Shown one piece after another: positions 1-10,270 of a stretch of DNA of 64,000 nt. The notes under the pieces are model-generated. The model did no database searches, was not told the DNA's origin, and was given only the letters and a program-made list of their open reading frames with translations. Made by a program: the position numbers and the translations under genes. Position 1 is the stretch's first letter. Every line of letters starts with the position of its first letter. The DNA is from Candidatus Latescibacterota bacterium (lineage in GTDB: Bacteria; Latescibacterota; UBA2968; UBA8231): the NCBI GenBank assembly GCA_965206595.1, contig OZ242214.1, positions 1,536,001-1,600,000 on the forward strand, read 5' to 3'.

Positions 1-81
1 CAGCGTACACGCACAAACGCCCGCACTCGCAAGGGGCCAAGTCGGTCGATTGCGGGTAAGAAGAAGGCGCCCAGGAAGTAG
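1..81 (+). CDS. rpsM: 30S ribosomal protein S13, 3' end (partial)
   Basis: Frame 1 reads QRTRTNARTRKGPSRSIAGKKKAPRK*, the conserved S13 C-terminal tail; lies directly upstream of rpsK. Confidence 0.95.
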   Translation, partial: QRTRTNARTRKGPSRSIAGKKKAPRK

Positions 82-152
82 GGCGCTCGCGAGGCGAAAC
101 CACACCGAGGGCTCCTTCGAACCGAAGCTGACTGCCTTTAAAGGGATACCGA

Positions 153-545
153 ATGCCACCCGAAAAAGCGAAACGGCGGCGAAAGAAGTCGAAAAAGGTC
201 GAGGCGCTGGGAATAGCCCACATATTCTCAACCTTCAACAACACCATCGTCACTCTGACCGACGTCGAGGGCAACGTCATTTCTTGGGCGACCCCCGGGA
301 AGGTCGGCATCCGCGGCAGCAGGAAGTCGACCCCGTTCGCGGGTCAGCTGGCGGCCGAGCGAGCGGCTCAAGAGGCAATCAACATGGGGCTGCGTCGGGT
401 TGAGGCTTGGGTAAAGGGTCCGGGAGTGGGTCGCGATTCCGCGATTCGGGCATTGCAGAACGCGGGATTGGAGGTCTCCGCCATTCGGGACGTCACTCCG
501 ATACCCCATAATGGTTGCCGGCCGCCAAAGCGGCGCCGCGTGTGA
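153..545 (+). CDS. rpsK: 30S ribosomal protein S11
   Basis: Motifs [43 protein letters not shown]. Confidence 0.98.
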   Translation: MPPEKAKRRRKKSKKVEALGIAHIFSTFNNTIVTLTDVEGNVISWATPGKVGIRGSRKSTPFAGQLAAERAAQEAINMGLRRVEAWVKGPGVGRDSAIRALQNAGLEVSAIRDVTPIPHNGCRPPKRRRV

Positions 546-578
546 CGTAACTGAAACGAGCGAAAGGCTGAACCCACC

Positions 579-1205
579 GTGAGCAGATACACAGGGCCCA
601 ATTGCAGATTCTGTCGCCGAGAAGGCACCAAGCTGTTTCTCAAGGGAGAGCGCTGCAGCCTCGAAAAGTGTGCCTTCGAACGGCGCAGCTACGCGCCGGG
701 GCAGCACGGGCAGGGCATGCGGCGGAAGCAGTCCGAGTACAGCGTTCAGCTGCGCGCCAAGCAGAAGCTGGCGCGCATGTACGGCGTCCGCGAGGGACAG
801 TTCCGCGGCTACTACAGAGAGGCTACCAGGGTGCCGGGAGTAAGCGGAGAAAACCTCCTGAGGCTGCTTGAGAGCCGCCTCGACAGCGTGGTCTTTCGCC
901 TTGGGTTCGCCCCGTCGCGAAAGGCGGCAAGGCAGTTGGTCAGGCACAACCACTTTATGGTCAATGGCCGGCGCGTCAACATCCCTTCTTGCCTGACGAG
1001 GCCGGGTGACGTGATCGATGTGTGGGAGAAAAGTCGCCAGTTGGAGGTTATTCACGAGTCGCTGCGGCGCGCTCGCGAGACCGTTCCTTGGCTGTCGGTG
1101 GACAAGGCGAACCTGAGCGGGTCGGTGTTGGAACGTCCCGCGAGGGAGGATATCCCCACGCTGGCTGAAGAGCAGCTGGTAATCGAATTCTACTCACGCG
1201 TGTAA
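579..1205 (+). CDS. rpsD: 30S ribosomal protein S4 (Cys-containing, zinc-binding type)
   Basis: [16 protein letters not shown]...APGQHG...LESRLD...S4 domain...IEFYSR. Confidence 0.98.
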   Translation: MSRYTGPNCRFCRREGTKLFLKGERCSLEKCAFERRSYAPGQHGQGMRRKQSEYSVQLRAKQKLARMYGVREGQFRGYYREATRVPGVSGENLLRLLESRLDSVVFRLGFAPSRKAARQLVRHNHFMVNGRRVNIPSCLTRPGDVIDVWEKSRQLEVIHESLRRARETVPWLSVDKANLSGSVLERPAREDIPTLAEEQLVIEFYSRV

Positions 1206-1292
1206 GACGGCAGCGGACTTCGGGACGAACCAATTTCGTCGCCGAAACATCTTTCGCAACCAAACCAAACCAAACCGGGGGTCAGTAGCCAT

Positions 1293-2306
1293 ATGGCATT
1301 AGATGGTCTTCAGATGCCGCGTCTCGTTGAAGTCGACAAGGACACGCTAACCGACACCTACGGCTCGTTTACGATGCAGCCGTTGGAGCGCGGATTCGGC
1401 GTGACCGTGGGACACGCGATCAGACGCGTCCTCGTATCCTCAATTCAGGGTGCCGCCATCAGGTCGGTAAGCATCGAGGGCGTGCAGCATGAGTTCTCCG
1501 TGGTCAAGGGAGTTCGCGAAGACTTGCCGGAGATCGTGCTGAATCTCAAGGAGGTCGCCATTCGCTACCACGGAGAAGAGGACCGTGTTTTGCAAATCGA
1601 GGCCAAAGGGCCAAGGGCGTTGGTCGCAGGGGATCTAACGGTCGATTCAGCGGTCGAGGTGTTGAATCCCAATCTTCACATCGCAACCCTCGGCAAAGAG
1701 GCTCACCTGAAGATGGAGGTAGCGGTCGGCAGGGGGCGTGGCTACGTGTTCGCCGAGGAGAACAAGCTTCCGGAACAGCCCATCGGGACCATTCCGATGG
1801 ACGCCAACTTCTCGCCGGTTCTCAAGGTCAATTACGACATTGAGCACGCTCGCGTCGGTCGTCGCACGGACTACGACCGGCTCAATCTGCAGGTATGGAC
1901 GGACGGTTCCTTGCGGCCTGAAGACGCCATGGCGCAGGCGGCAAGGATTCTGATCGAGCATTTGGATCTTATCGCCAATTTCCAGACGGAACCGGTGCCC
2001 GATCCAGAGCGGGAAATCGATGACCAGATCAAGCACATTGCCAAGCTGCTTGCCATGTCGGTTGACGACCTCGAACTGTCCGTGCGATCGGCAAACTGTC
2101 TCCGGGCGGCGGGGATCACGAATCTAGGCGAACTCGTTTCGCGCAGCGAAGCGGAGATGCTCAAGTTTCGCAACTTCGGGCGCAAATCGCTCAACGAGCT
2201 GGGCGAAATCCTCGACGAAATGAACTTGGCGTGGGGCATGGACATCTCGCGCTTCGAAGACGTCGAGCTCGACGAGGAGCCCGAAAGCGCCCTGGCGGAG
2301 GAATGA
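1293..2306 (+). CDS. rpoA: RNA polymerase subunit alpha
   Basis: [28 protein letters not shown]-terminal domain [11 protein letters not shown]...NFGRKSL. Confidence 0.98.
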   Translation: MALDGLQMPRLVEVDKDTLTDTYGSFTMQPLERGFGVTVGHAIRRVLVSSIQGAAIRSVSIEGVQHEFSVVKGVREDLPEIVLNLKEVAIRYHGEEDRVLQIEAKGPRALVAGDLTVDSAVEVLNPNLHIATLGKEAHLKMEVAVGRGRGYVFAEENKLPEQPIGTIPMDANFSPVLKVNYDIEHARVGRRTDYDRLNLQVWTDGSLRPEDAMAQAARILIEHLDLIANFQTEPVPDPEREIDDQIKHIAKLLAMSVDDLELSVRSANCLRAAGITNLGELVSRSEAEMLKFRNFGRKSLNELGEILDEMNLAWGMDISRFEDVELDEEPESALAEE

Positions 2307-2373
2307 CGCAACTCATCCCGAGCCCGATCGTCGGGGTCGGACGAACCGGGACCACGGATCTCACGAAAGAGCA

Positions 2374-2793
2374 ATGGTACACAGGAAAAAAAAGGCCAAG
2401 CTGAACCGGGACCGCAGCCATCTCAAGGCGATGCTCGGAAACATGGTCACCTCCTTGATCGAACACGAGGCTATCCATACAACAACTCCTAGAGCGAAGG
2501 AACTGAGGCGAACCGCCGAGAGTCTGATCACCTTTGCCAAAAGGGGCGATCTGCATGCGCGTCGGCAGGTGTTGCGCACAATCGCCAACAAGCGGATAGT
2601 GGCAAAACTTTTCGACGAGATCGGCCCGCGGTATTCCAATCGCAACGGTGGGTACACGCGGATTGTCAAGGGTGAGCCGAGGCGTGGGGATGGTGCCGAG
2701 ATGTGCATGATCGAACTGGTCGACAGGCCAGGTAGCCGAGTTCCCGAATCCGTTCCAACCTCGGGTCAGGAAGCGGAAAAGGAAGAAGAATAG
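2374..2793 (+). CDS. rplQ: 50S ribosomal protein L17
   Basis: [32 protein letters not shown]; last gene of the alpha operon. Confidence 0.98.
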   Translation: MVHRKKKAKLNRDRSHLKAMLGNMVTSLIEHEAIHTTTPRAKELRRTAESLITFAKRGDLHARRQVLRTIANKRIVAKLFDEIGPRYSNRNGGYTRIVKGEPRRGDGAEMCMIELVDRPGSRVPESVPTSGQEAEKEEE

Positions 2794-2848
2794 GGGCGAC
2801 CCAGGGTCGAACCACCGGGCCGGGAGTGCCTACTCCCACAACCTTAAC

Positions 2849-2902
2849 GCGGGGCGCGCTTTTGATGGTGAAGACGGCACCATCTCGTGCGCCTCGCTTT
2901 TT
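2849..2902 (+). terminator. Probable intrinsic terminator of the alpha operon
   Basis: Imperfect GC-rich hairpin GCGGGGCGCG...GATGGTG-loop-CACCATC...TGCGCCTCGC followed by TTTTT. Confidence 0.6.
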
Positions 2903-2949
2903 CATGTACCCCGGTTCATCAACCATCCGCACCGTAACGAGTCCGGCCA

Positions 2950-4308
2950 GTGCCAAGGCGGGGAGACAGGATCGAGCTAGAAATTCGCGAGCTGACGGCC
3001 CAGGGTGACGGATGGACCAGGGTCGGCGACTCGGAGTTCATCGTTCGCCGAACCTTGCCCGGGGACCGTGTGGAAGCGACCGTGCGCAGGAGGAAGGGGG
3101 GAACATGGGAGGCGACTGCGGACCGCATAACGAGCACCCGGATCCCCCGGGTAGCCCCCGAATGCCCTCACTTCGGGGTGTGCGGCGGGTGCCGCTGGCA
3201 GGACATCTGTTACGGCGACCAGTTGCGACTGAAGGAAGGGATGGTTGCCAACGCACTGGAACAACAGGGGCTCCGATGCGACGAGCAAAGGCCGATTATT
3301 GCGAGCCGTGCTCCGTTTTTCTACCGCAATAAGATGGAGTTCTCCTTCGGCAGGGATTGCGGAGGCGGCACGTTGCTGGGGTTGCACCACCGCGGCCGCT
3401 ACAACCGGGTTTTCGACGTGCGCGACTGCCGCCTCCAGTCCCAGCTGTCGAATCGGATCGTCGAGACTGTGCGCAGCTGTGCCTCCGCGGGGAAGGTTCC
3501 CGTGTACGACCTCCAGACCCACGGAGGGATACTGCGTTTTCTCGTGGTCCGGGAAGGAAAAAATTCCGGCGAGGTGATGGTGAACCTGGTTGTCTCCGAG
3601 TACCCGGACAAGGGAGTCGGAGACCTGGTTCGCTGCGTCCTTGAGAGGGTTCCGGAGATAACGACTTTTGTCGTGACCCTGCACCGGGGAAAGGCCCAGG
3701 CCGCCATTGGAGAACGGGAGTTCGTCCTCAAGGGAAGCGGCAGGATCTCGGAGGTTTGCGGAGGGTTCGAGTTCGAGATTTCAGCGCCCTCCTTCTTCCA
3801 GACCAACACCGGTCAGGCGGCGGTTCTGTACGAGCAGATCGCAGCGCTAGCAGGCGATCTGACCGGCGCCACTGTCCTCGACCTCTACTGTGGAACAGGA
3901 GGCATCAGCCTTCACCTGGCAAAACGGGCCGACAAGGTGATTGGAGTCGAGCAGGTCGAGGAGGCGGTGGCCGACGCAGGCGTAAACGTCCAAAAGAACG
4001 GAACGGGAAACTGCACCTTCATGGCAGGCCCTGTTGAGAAGGTGATCGCCACCCTGATGGCGGAAAACGAGAGATTCGACCTCGTGATCGCGGACCCCCC
4101 GCGCGCGGGAATCCCCAAATCGGTGCTACGGGCCCTGATCGGAATGAGACCCCCGTCCCTCGTATACGTCTCCTGCAACCCAACGTCCTTGGCCGCTGAC
4201 GCGAGAGTTCTTTGCGAGGGGGGGCTGCGATTGCGGTCCCTGCAGCCGATCGACCTCTTTCCCCAGACCCCCCATTGCGAAGCGATCGCTCACCTTACGC
4301 CGGCCTGA
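2950..4308 (+). CDS. rlmD: 23S rRNA (uracil-1939-C5)-methyltransferase, RlmD/TrmA family
   Basis: TRAM-like N-terminus, CPHFGVCGGC Fe-S motif, YRNKMEF, SFFQTN, DLYCGTG, DPPRAG, YVSCNP, DLFPQTPHCE. Confidence 0.93.
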   Translation: MPRRGDRIELEIRELTAQGDGWTRVGDSEFIVRRTLPGDRVEATVRRRKGGTWEATADRITSTRIPRVAPECPHFGVCGGCRWQDICYGDQLRLKEGMVANALEQQGLRCDEQRPIIASRAPFFYRNKMEFSFGRDCGGGTLLGLHHRGRYNRVFDVRDCRLQSQLSNRIVETVRSCASAGKVPVYDLQTHGGILRFLVVREGKNSGEVMVNLVVSEYPDKGVGDLVRCVLERVPEITTFVVTLHRGKAQAAIGEREFVLKGSGRISEVCGGFEFEISAPSFFQTNTGQAAVLYEQIAALAGDLTGATVLDLYCGTGGISLHLAKRADKVIGVEQVEEAVADAGVNVQKNGTGNCTFMAGPVEKVIATLMAENERFDLVIADPPRAGIPKSVLRALIGMRPPSLVYVSCNPTSLAADARVLCEGGLRLRSLQPIDLFPQTPHCEAIAHLTPA

Positions 4309-4494
4309 GCCCGGGAACCGCGCTGCCGGACGACGTTGCTGCAGCGGTGGTTATTCTCTATCCCGTTGTCAGACAACCCGCTCCTACCGGTATACCTCCT
4401 GAACTCCTGCCGTGCAGGGGGGATGGCCTTCGCGGCAACGATATGGGCCAATGCCGCAAGGCGCGAGGGAACTTCGACACCGGTTTCCCCTGAG

Positions 4495-5988
4495 ATGGCA
4501 ACCGATCACACCATCCCTCATGCGCTCGGTTCTGCCGTGCAGGCGCGCGTTCTCGTCGTACTGGGGGAAACCGATGAAACCAGGCACCTGGTCGCCTTTC
4601 TGAAGGAAGAAGGGTACGAGGTGCTGTGGGCCCGCGAGAGTCAGTCGGCCTACGACATCCTCGATACCGAGCCCGTCGATGGACTGATCTGCGACCTGCA
4701 GGCCGAACGGGTAGATGGCTTGCGGCTCGTTCAACTCTCCCTGCAGCGCAATGCCGAGATCTGTTCGATTGCGGTCGCCAACACGACCCCCGAGGGGATC
4801 GAACTCGGAACCGAGGCGATGCGGCAAGGGGCGTACGATTTCCAGGTGCGTCCGCTCATCCTCGCCAAGATCAACGCGGTTCTGAGACGAGGTCTCTCAC
4901 ACCAGCGTCTCGTCGACGAGGTCTACAATCTCCATCGCCGTCTCGACAGGCGCTACCGCTTCGGGGGGGTGATGCGCCGCTCCTCTGCGTGGCAGCGGAT
5001 ATACAGCCAGATCGAGCAGGTCGCTCCCTCGAAAGCCACGGTCCTCCTGCTGGGAGAAACCGGAACCGGCAAGGGAGAGCTGGCGAAAGCCATCCACCAA
5101 AACAGCAATCGCCGCGATCGCCCCTTCGTCGAGACCAACTGCGGCGCCCTGCCGGAAGCGATCGTCGAGAGCGAGCTGTTCGGCCACGAGAAGGGGGCGT
5201 TCACTGGAGCCTCGGCCTCCCGCAAGGGTCGCTTCGAGCTTGCCGACGGAGGCACCCTCTTTCTCGACGAAGTCGGGGACTTGACGATGCCGACGCAGGT
5301 CAAGCTGCTCCGCGTCGTACAGAATTCGGAATTCGAACGGGTAGGTGGCGTGGAGACGCGCAAAGTCGATATCCGCCTGGTGGCAGCCACAAATCGCGAC
5401 TTGGAAACGATGGTTTCCGAAGGGGAGTATCGGGCAGATCTGTTCTACCGGCTGAACGTGATCAGCATCGAGGTTCCGCCAATACGGCAGAGCCGCGAGG
5501 ACATCCCCATCCTGATCGACGAGTTTATTCGCGAATTCGCCGAGGAGAACCGGCAAAAGACGGTCGGCATGACTCCGGCGGCAGTCGACTGCCTGGTGCA
5601 ATACGACTGGCCCGGCAACGTAAGGGAGCTGAAGAACTGCATGGAGGGGATGCTCGTCATGCGCGCCTCCCCTCGCAGGCTCGACGTTGAGGACGTCCCC
5701 GACCACATAAGGAACCCCGGGGGAAGGCCGGCTGTTTCCGTAAAGGCGGGGATGACGATGAAGGAGATCGAAAAGCAGGCGATTATCGACACCCTGGAAG
5801 CAGTCGGCTACGACCGGCGCCAGGCCGCCGCGGTGCTCGGGATCGGCCTAAGCACCCTGTACAGAAAAGAGAAGGAATACGGACTGAAAGGACGTGGGAA
5901 ATCACGCCACCGAACCCGAACCGGGAGCGAGGCCCCGGGGCCGCCTCCAGGCAAGTCAGCCCGGCTTCTCACCCGGAAGCGGTCGTAG
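4495..5988 (+). CDS. Sigma54-dependent activator (NtrC/AtoC family) with a degenerate receiver domain
   Basis: GETGTGK Walker A, ESELFGHEKGAFTGA, LFLDEVG, WPGNVREL, C-terminal Fis-type HTH; ATG 4495 preferred over TTG 4336. Confidence 0.92.
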   Translation: MATDHTIPHALGSAVQARVLVVLGETDETRHLVAFLKEEGYEVLWARESQSAYDILDTEPVDGLICDLQAERVDGLRLVQLSLQRNAEICSIAVANTTPEGIELGTEAMRQGAYDFQVRPLILAKINAVLRRGLSHQRLVDEVYNLHRRLDRRYRFGGVMRRSSAWQRIYSQIEQVAPSKATVLLLGETGTGKGELAKAIHQNSNRRDRPFVETNCGALPEAIVESELFGHEKGAFTGASASRKGRFELADGGTLFLDEVGDLTMPTQVKLLRVVQNSEFERVGGVETRKVDIRLVAATNRDLETMVSEGEYRADLFYRLNVISIEVPPIRQSREDIPILIDEFIREFAEENRQKTVGMTPAAVDCLVQYDWPGNVRELKNCMEGMLVMRASPRRLDVEDVPDHIRNPGGRPAVSVKAGMTMKEIEKQAIIDTLEAVGYDRRQAAAVLGIGLSTLYRKEKEYGLKGRGKSRHRTRTGSEAPGPPPGKSARLLTRKRS

Positions 5989-6012
5989 CAGGAAGACCGA
6001 CCATCTCCGGTT

Positions 6013-7542
6013 TCACGGATCTCCGGTTGCAGCCGGACTGTACAGGTCCTTGATAAGCTGGTTCAGAACCTCCTGCGGCCGGGAAAGCACCTTCGGGGTG
6101 ATTTCGAACTGCTTCATTTCCAGCAGCTGCAGGCCGTGGCCGTAGTCCGAAAGGAACTCTGCGCAAACCTCGCCCGGCAACCGGCCCTGCTCTCTGGCGA
6201 TTTTCTTTACCGCCTCGACGGCCTCCCCGGAAAAACTCAGGCGAATACCGTAGTCCCGAGAGAACTTCGCAGAAAAGCTTTGCAGGCTGGTATCTACAAG
6301 CATGGATTTCAATTCACCATCGGGATCGAGGACGGTGCGTTCGGTCACGGTGAATGACTCGAGGTCCGTGGAGGGCAGCCGGGTTTCGAATCGAAGCAGG
6401 ACTTTCTCGACCACGCTGACCAGCCCCCGTGCCCCGATATGCTCTTCAAAAGCCATTTTCGCCAGCTTCTGCAAGGCCTCATCGGTGAAATCGAGATCGA
6501 TGCCGTAGGCTTTGAAATCCCGCTTTTTCGACATTATGACGCTGCTGTTCTCCCCCCTGAGGATTTCGAGCAGGTCATTGCAGTCCAGGCTATGGAGCAC
6601 AGCAACGACGGGAAGGCGTCCGATGAACTCCGATTCGAATCCGAAATCGATCAGGTCTTCTGCCCGGACCTCGTTCAACAGTTCGCCGTCGGCAACGGCG
6701 TCCTCTGCCGGGGCGCGCGTGTCACGGAGTCGAAAGCCCATGGCTCCGCGATTCAGGCGTCGCGCGATGATTTCCTGGAGTTCACCGAAAGCCCCACTGA
6801 CGACGAAAAGGATGTTCCGGGTGTTGATTTTCTTGCGCTCCGCCCTACCGGTTTTCTGGATCTGAATCACCGATTCCATTTGCGAAGAGATGTCGTGCGG
6901 GGCTTTCAGATCGACCTCTGTTTCCTCCATCAGCTTCAGAAGGTTGCGCTGTACCCCTGAACCGGACACATCGGGGCCTGCCGTCGTTCTCGTCGAGGCA
7001 ATCTTGTCGATTTCGTCTATGTAGATGATTCCGTGCTCGGCGAGCTCGATGTCGCCTTCGGCATCGGATACCAGCTCTCGCACCAGGTCTTCGACATCGC
7101 CTCCCACGTATCCGGTCTCGGAAAACTTCGTGGCATCCGCCTTTACGAACGGTACTCCCAGCTGGCGGGCGATCAGCTTGATGAGGAAGGTCTTGCCGAC
7201 ACCGGTCGGGCCAATCATCAGCACGTTGTTTTTTATCGATCCCACGAGCACCTCTTCGTCATCGATCGGGAGATTGAGACGGTTGAAGTGGGTGCAGATC
7301 TTGGTAGCGAGGATCGCCTTGGCTTTCTCCTGCCTGACGACGTATTCATCGAGATAGGCTATCAGTTCCTCCGGCTTGAGGCTGAAGTTCAGCTTTTCGC
7401 CGGGTGGAGAAGACAGTTCGCCATCCCCGCTACCCGCGGGTTCCGAATGAGGAGAGGGCTCAGCTACCTTCTCGTATTGCTGAGACAGAAACTCCCGTAG
7501 TTTTTCCGGGTCCATCCCCGGCTTTTCCATGTGCACATCCAT
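6013..7542 (-). CDS. ClpX-like AAA+ ATPase without the N-terminal zinc-binding domain
   Basis: GPTGVGKT, DATKFSETGYVG, IYIDEIDK, GVQRNLLK, EFIGRLP, GARGL; GGGAG ribosome-binding site before ATG 7542. Confidence 0.85.
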   Translation of the reverse strand: MDVHMEKPGMDPEKLREFLSQQYEKVAEPSPHSEPAGSGDGELSSPPGEKLNFSLKPEELIAYLDEYVVRQEKAKAILATKICTHFNRLNLPIDDEEVLVGSIKNNVLMIGPTGVGKTFLIKLIARQLGVPFVKADATKFSETGYVGGDVEDLVRELVSDAEGDIELAEHGIIYIDEIDKIASTRTTAGPDVSGSGVQRNLLKLMEETEVDLKAPHDISSQMESVIQIQKTGRAERKKINTRNILFVVSGAFGELQEIIARRLNRGAMGFRLRDTRAPAEDAVADGELLNEVRAEDLIDFGFESEFIGRLPVVAVLHSLDCNDLLEILRGENSSVIMSKKRDFKAYGIDLDFTDEALQKLAKMAFEEHIGARGLVSVVEKVLLRFETRLPSTDLESFTVTERTVLDPDGELKSMLVDTSLQSFSAKFSRDYGIRLSFSGEAVEAVKKIAREQGRLPGEVCAEFLSDYGHGLQLLEMKQFEITPKVLSRPQEVLNQLIKDLYSPAATGDP

Positions 7543-7578
7543 GACAAACTCCCGCAATTGACTGGTCGGCGAGCACCG

Positions 7579-7607
7579 AATATACCGGAGCCCGACGCAG
7601 GCGACAA
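7579..7607 (-). promoter_or_regulatory. Candidate sigma70 promoter for the ClpX-like gene
   Basis: Minus strand TTGTCG-N17-TATATT. Confidence 0.5.
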
Positions 7608-7610
7608 CGA

Positions 7611-7639
7611 TTGACAGTCGATTATCTCGCGCATAAATT
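7611..7639 (+). promoter_or_regulatory. Candidate sigma70 promoter, divergent from the previous one
   Basis: TTGACA-N17-TAAATT; implies the ORF-track start at 7611 is not the real start. Confidence 0.6.
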
Positions 7640-7655
7640 ACGCTCCCACATACAG

Positions 7656-9767
7656 ATGTGGCGTTTCTTATTCAGCAGGACCAGACTCCTTCAGGGCGCG
7701 CCGACTCCAGGCGAAGCCTTGGTTGCGACGGCTTTCTCGTTCAGCCTCGTGGCCGTGGTTTCCTTTTCCAGTCCTACCTCGGCACAACCGTTCCCGAGAC
7801 AGACATATTCCCCTGAGGCCGAACGCAAGTTCGCCAACGGTTTGGCTTCCTACTCCCAAGGGGATTATGGAGAAGCGCTGAGCGCTCTGGAAGAAGTAAG
7901 CGCCATGCCCTCGAATCAGCGCTCATCCGCGGCGCTGCTGCTGGTGAGCAGAGCCCTGGTGCGCCTGGAACGGTACAGGGAAGCCCTGGAGGCTGCCCAC
8001 CGAATTGAAATCGGCTATCCGAACAGTCGCTACATCGCGGATGCCCGCCTTGTGGCCGGGGATTGTTATTTCCAATTGAAACGTTACCGCGAAGCAGCTG
8101 CCGAGTACGCCCGCCTGCTGGCGACTTCAGGGCCGTTGCCGCTGCAGGCGAGCGCCGCCGAAAGGCTGGCGGCTATCGTCAAAAACCGGGTGATCACCAC
8201 CGAGGAACGAGAGCGAATCGGCCGGTTGGTTGGGGCCGAGCGTTTTCGGGACGCCGTGCTGTTCGGCGAAGCCCGGTGGTATGCCCGCCTGGGGTGGCAC
8301 GACCGCAGCCGCGCCGCCCTCACCGCCTATCTCGACAGCGTGGAGAACGGTGTTTTCGCCGCCCTCGCCCGCAGGATGCTCGAAGGCGACACGGCGGGGA
8401 ATGCGGCGGAAGGAGAATGGAGAGCCGGGGGACTGTCCGTCGAATCAGGGGTGATCACAGCGTCGGAGTCGGCGGACCCGGATGGGAGGCCTGCGATCGG
8501 TATCCCGATGCCCTTGAGCGGGTCCCGGAGCTACGTGGGTGAAGAACTCCTCGCTGGCATCCAGATGGCGAACGACCGGATGAAGAAGCCCTTCGAGCTC
8601 AGGGTCATCGACATCGGTGAGCGCCGGCTCGTGGGAGCGCAAGGGTCTTCGGTTTCCATTTCGCAGGGGGATGGCGGCAGCCTGCTGCGGACGGTTTCGG
8701 CCGTGCAGTCATTGGCCCGAGATCAGGATGTGGTCGCCATAATCGGCCCGGTGTTCAGTCCCGCATGTGTCGCGGCTTCCGTAGTGGCAGAGGCGGCAGG
8801 CATCCCCTTGATCGCGCCGCTTGCGCAGCAGAGCGGTCTCGACACGCTCGGGCGGCACATTTTTCAGCTGAACGTGGTGCCGGAGATCCAAGGACGCGTC
8901 CTGGCCGAGTACGCCACCCTCGTCCTCGGGTTCGGCACCCTCGCCGTTCTCGCCCCGCTGACGGACTACGGGTGGAACTTCCACCGCGCCTTTGTCAAAC
9001 TGGCCGAGAGCAACGGCGGCGAGGTCGTACACAGCGACTGGTACGTTCCGGAAGAGACGACCGATTTCAAGAATCAGTTCGAGGCCCTCAGACAGGCCGG
9101 GTTCCGCCTGATGCCGTCCCCGGATCCGGTCGATTCCCTCGCCGTACTCGACTCGCTGTCACTGGCCGTTTTCGATACGACGGGGGCCGGCGAGGCGACG
9201 TTCTACGAGCTCCTTGATACCGGCATTGAAATGACCGAAGACCCCGCGGATTCGACGGAGAGATTCATCGATACGATCGACGGCATCGCCGTGGTCGTGG
9301 AGAGCTTCGACGACGCCCGCACCATCGCTGCGCAGCTGCGCTTCTTTCGATTGGAGGGGAAGGTGTTGGGCAACGATATCTGGTATCGCCCGGAGGAGAT
9401 TCGTCAGATGGGCCCGATCGAGAGGAAGTATGTCGAAGGAGGGGTGCTTGTTTCCGGCCGATACCTCGCCGCTTCGAACCGGGCATTTACGGATGAATTT
9501 CGCACCCGGTTCGGTCGCGATCCCGGACTCGCGGTCCATGGGTACGACGCCGCCGGCATGCTGATCAAGGGATGGGAGGAAGGACACCAGACACGGGCAG
9601 CGCTACGGGAATGGTTGGAGCGAGTTCGGGGGTACGAGGGGGCAGCTGGCCGTGTCAGTTTTCCGGATGACCGGCGAGCGAATACGGAGCTGACCCTGCT
9701 CAGGATCGATTCCCGCGGGCGGGTGAGGGCATTCGGCAACGGCGACCTTCCGGGGCTTGCTCCCTGA
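7656..9767 (+). CDS. Exported TPR + type-1 periplasmic-binding-fold protein (LpoA-like architecture)
   Basis: Hydrophobic signal-like region, TPR helices (YPNSRYIADA), then IGIPMPLSG...AIIGPVFS...YGW...FGRDP...GYDAA...YEGAAG; start uncertain. Confidence 0.75.
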   Translation: MWRFLFSRTRLLQGAPTPGEALVATAFSFSLVAVVSFSSPTSAQPFPRQTYSPEAERKFANGLASYSQGDYGEALSALEEVSAMPSNQRSSAALLLVSRALVRLERYREALEAAHRIEIGYPNSRYIADARLVAGDCYFQLKRYREAAAEYARLLATSGPLPLQASAAERLAAIVKNRVITTEERERIGRLVGAERFRDAVLFGEARWYARLGWHDRSRAALTAYLDSVENGVFAALARRMLEGDTAGNAAEGEWRAGGLSVESGVITASESADPDGRPAIGIPMPLSGSRSYVGEELLAGIQMANDRMKKPFELRVIDIGERRLVGAQGSSVSISQGDGGSLLRTVSAVQSLARDQDVVAIIGPVFSPACVAASVVAEAAGIPLIAPLAQQSGLDTLGRHIFQLNVVPEIQGRVLAEYATLVLGFGTLAVLAPLTDYGWNFHRAFVKLAESNGGEVVHSDWYVPEETTDFKNQFEALRQAGFRLMPSPDPVDSLAVLDSLSLAVFDTTGAGEATFYELLDTGIEMTEDPADSTERFIDTIDGIAVVVESFDDARTIAAQLRFFRLEGKVLGNDIWYRPEEIRQMGPIERKYVEGGVLVSGRYLAASNRAFTDEFRTRFGRDPGLAVHGYDAAGMLIKGWEEGHQTRAALREWLERVRGYEGAAGRVSFPDDRRANTELTLLRIDSRGRVRAFGNGDLPGLAP

Positions 9768-9946
9768 CATCCATCGCAGAGCAGATTTCCCTTCCACCCG
9801 GCTTCTCGGCAGCACCTAACAGCTTATCCAGCCGGATCTTGCGCTCTTTCGAGGTGAGGCTATATTTGAAAACTTTCGGATAATCAATGCACCACAATCC
9901 CCTCTGGGCGGAATTGCCATACGGACGCCCACTCAACAGAAACGCG

Positions 9947-10270
9947 ATGCCGACATACGATTACGAATGTCAGACATGCGGCAAGACTTTTGAGGAGTAT
10001 CAGAGCATAACGGCCGACCCTCTGGCAGAATGCCGACAGAAGGGCTGTCGGGGCAAGGTCACCCGTCTAATCGGTGGCGGCGGCGGTCTTCTTTTCAAGG
10101 GTTCGGGGTTTTACATCACTGACTACAGAAGTGACGGGTACAAGCAGGCGGAGAAAGCGGCGAAGGAGTCGAGTTCTTCGGGCAAGCCGGACAAATCCGA
10201 CAGCAAGGCGAGCAGTTCCGGAAACGCCGACAGCGGGGGCGGGAAGAAAAAGGCCTCCAGGGAAGATTGA
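9947..10270 (+). CDS. FmdB-family zinc-ribbon protein
   Basis: MPTYDYECQTCG...FKGSGFYITDY with a low-complexity Ser/Lys tail. Confidence 0.9.
   Translation: MPTYDYECQTCGKTFEEYQSITADPLAECRQKGCRGKVTRLIGGGGGLLFKGSGFYITDYRSDGYKQAEKAAKESSSSGKPDKSDSKASSSGNADSGGGKKKASRED

Noticed and set aside
1255-1276. Short (CAAAC)n repeat and hairpin between rpsD and rpoA
   Set aside because: Only about three units, too short to support a function
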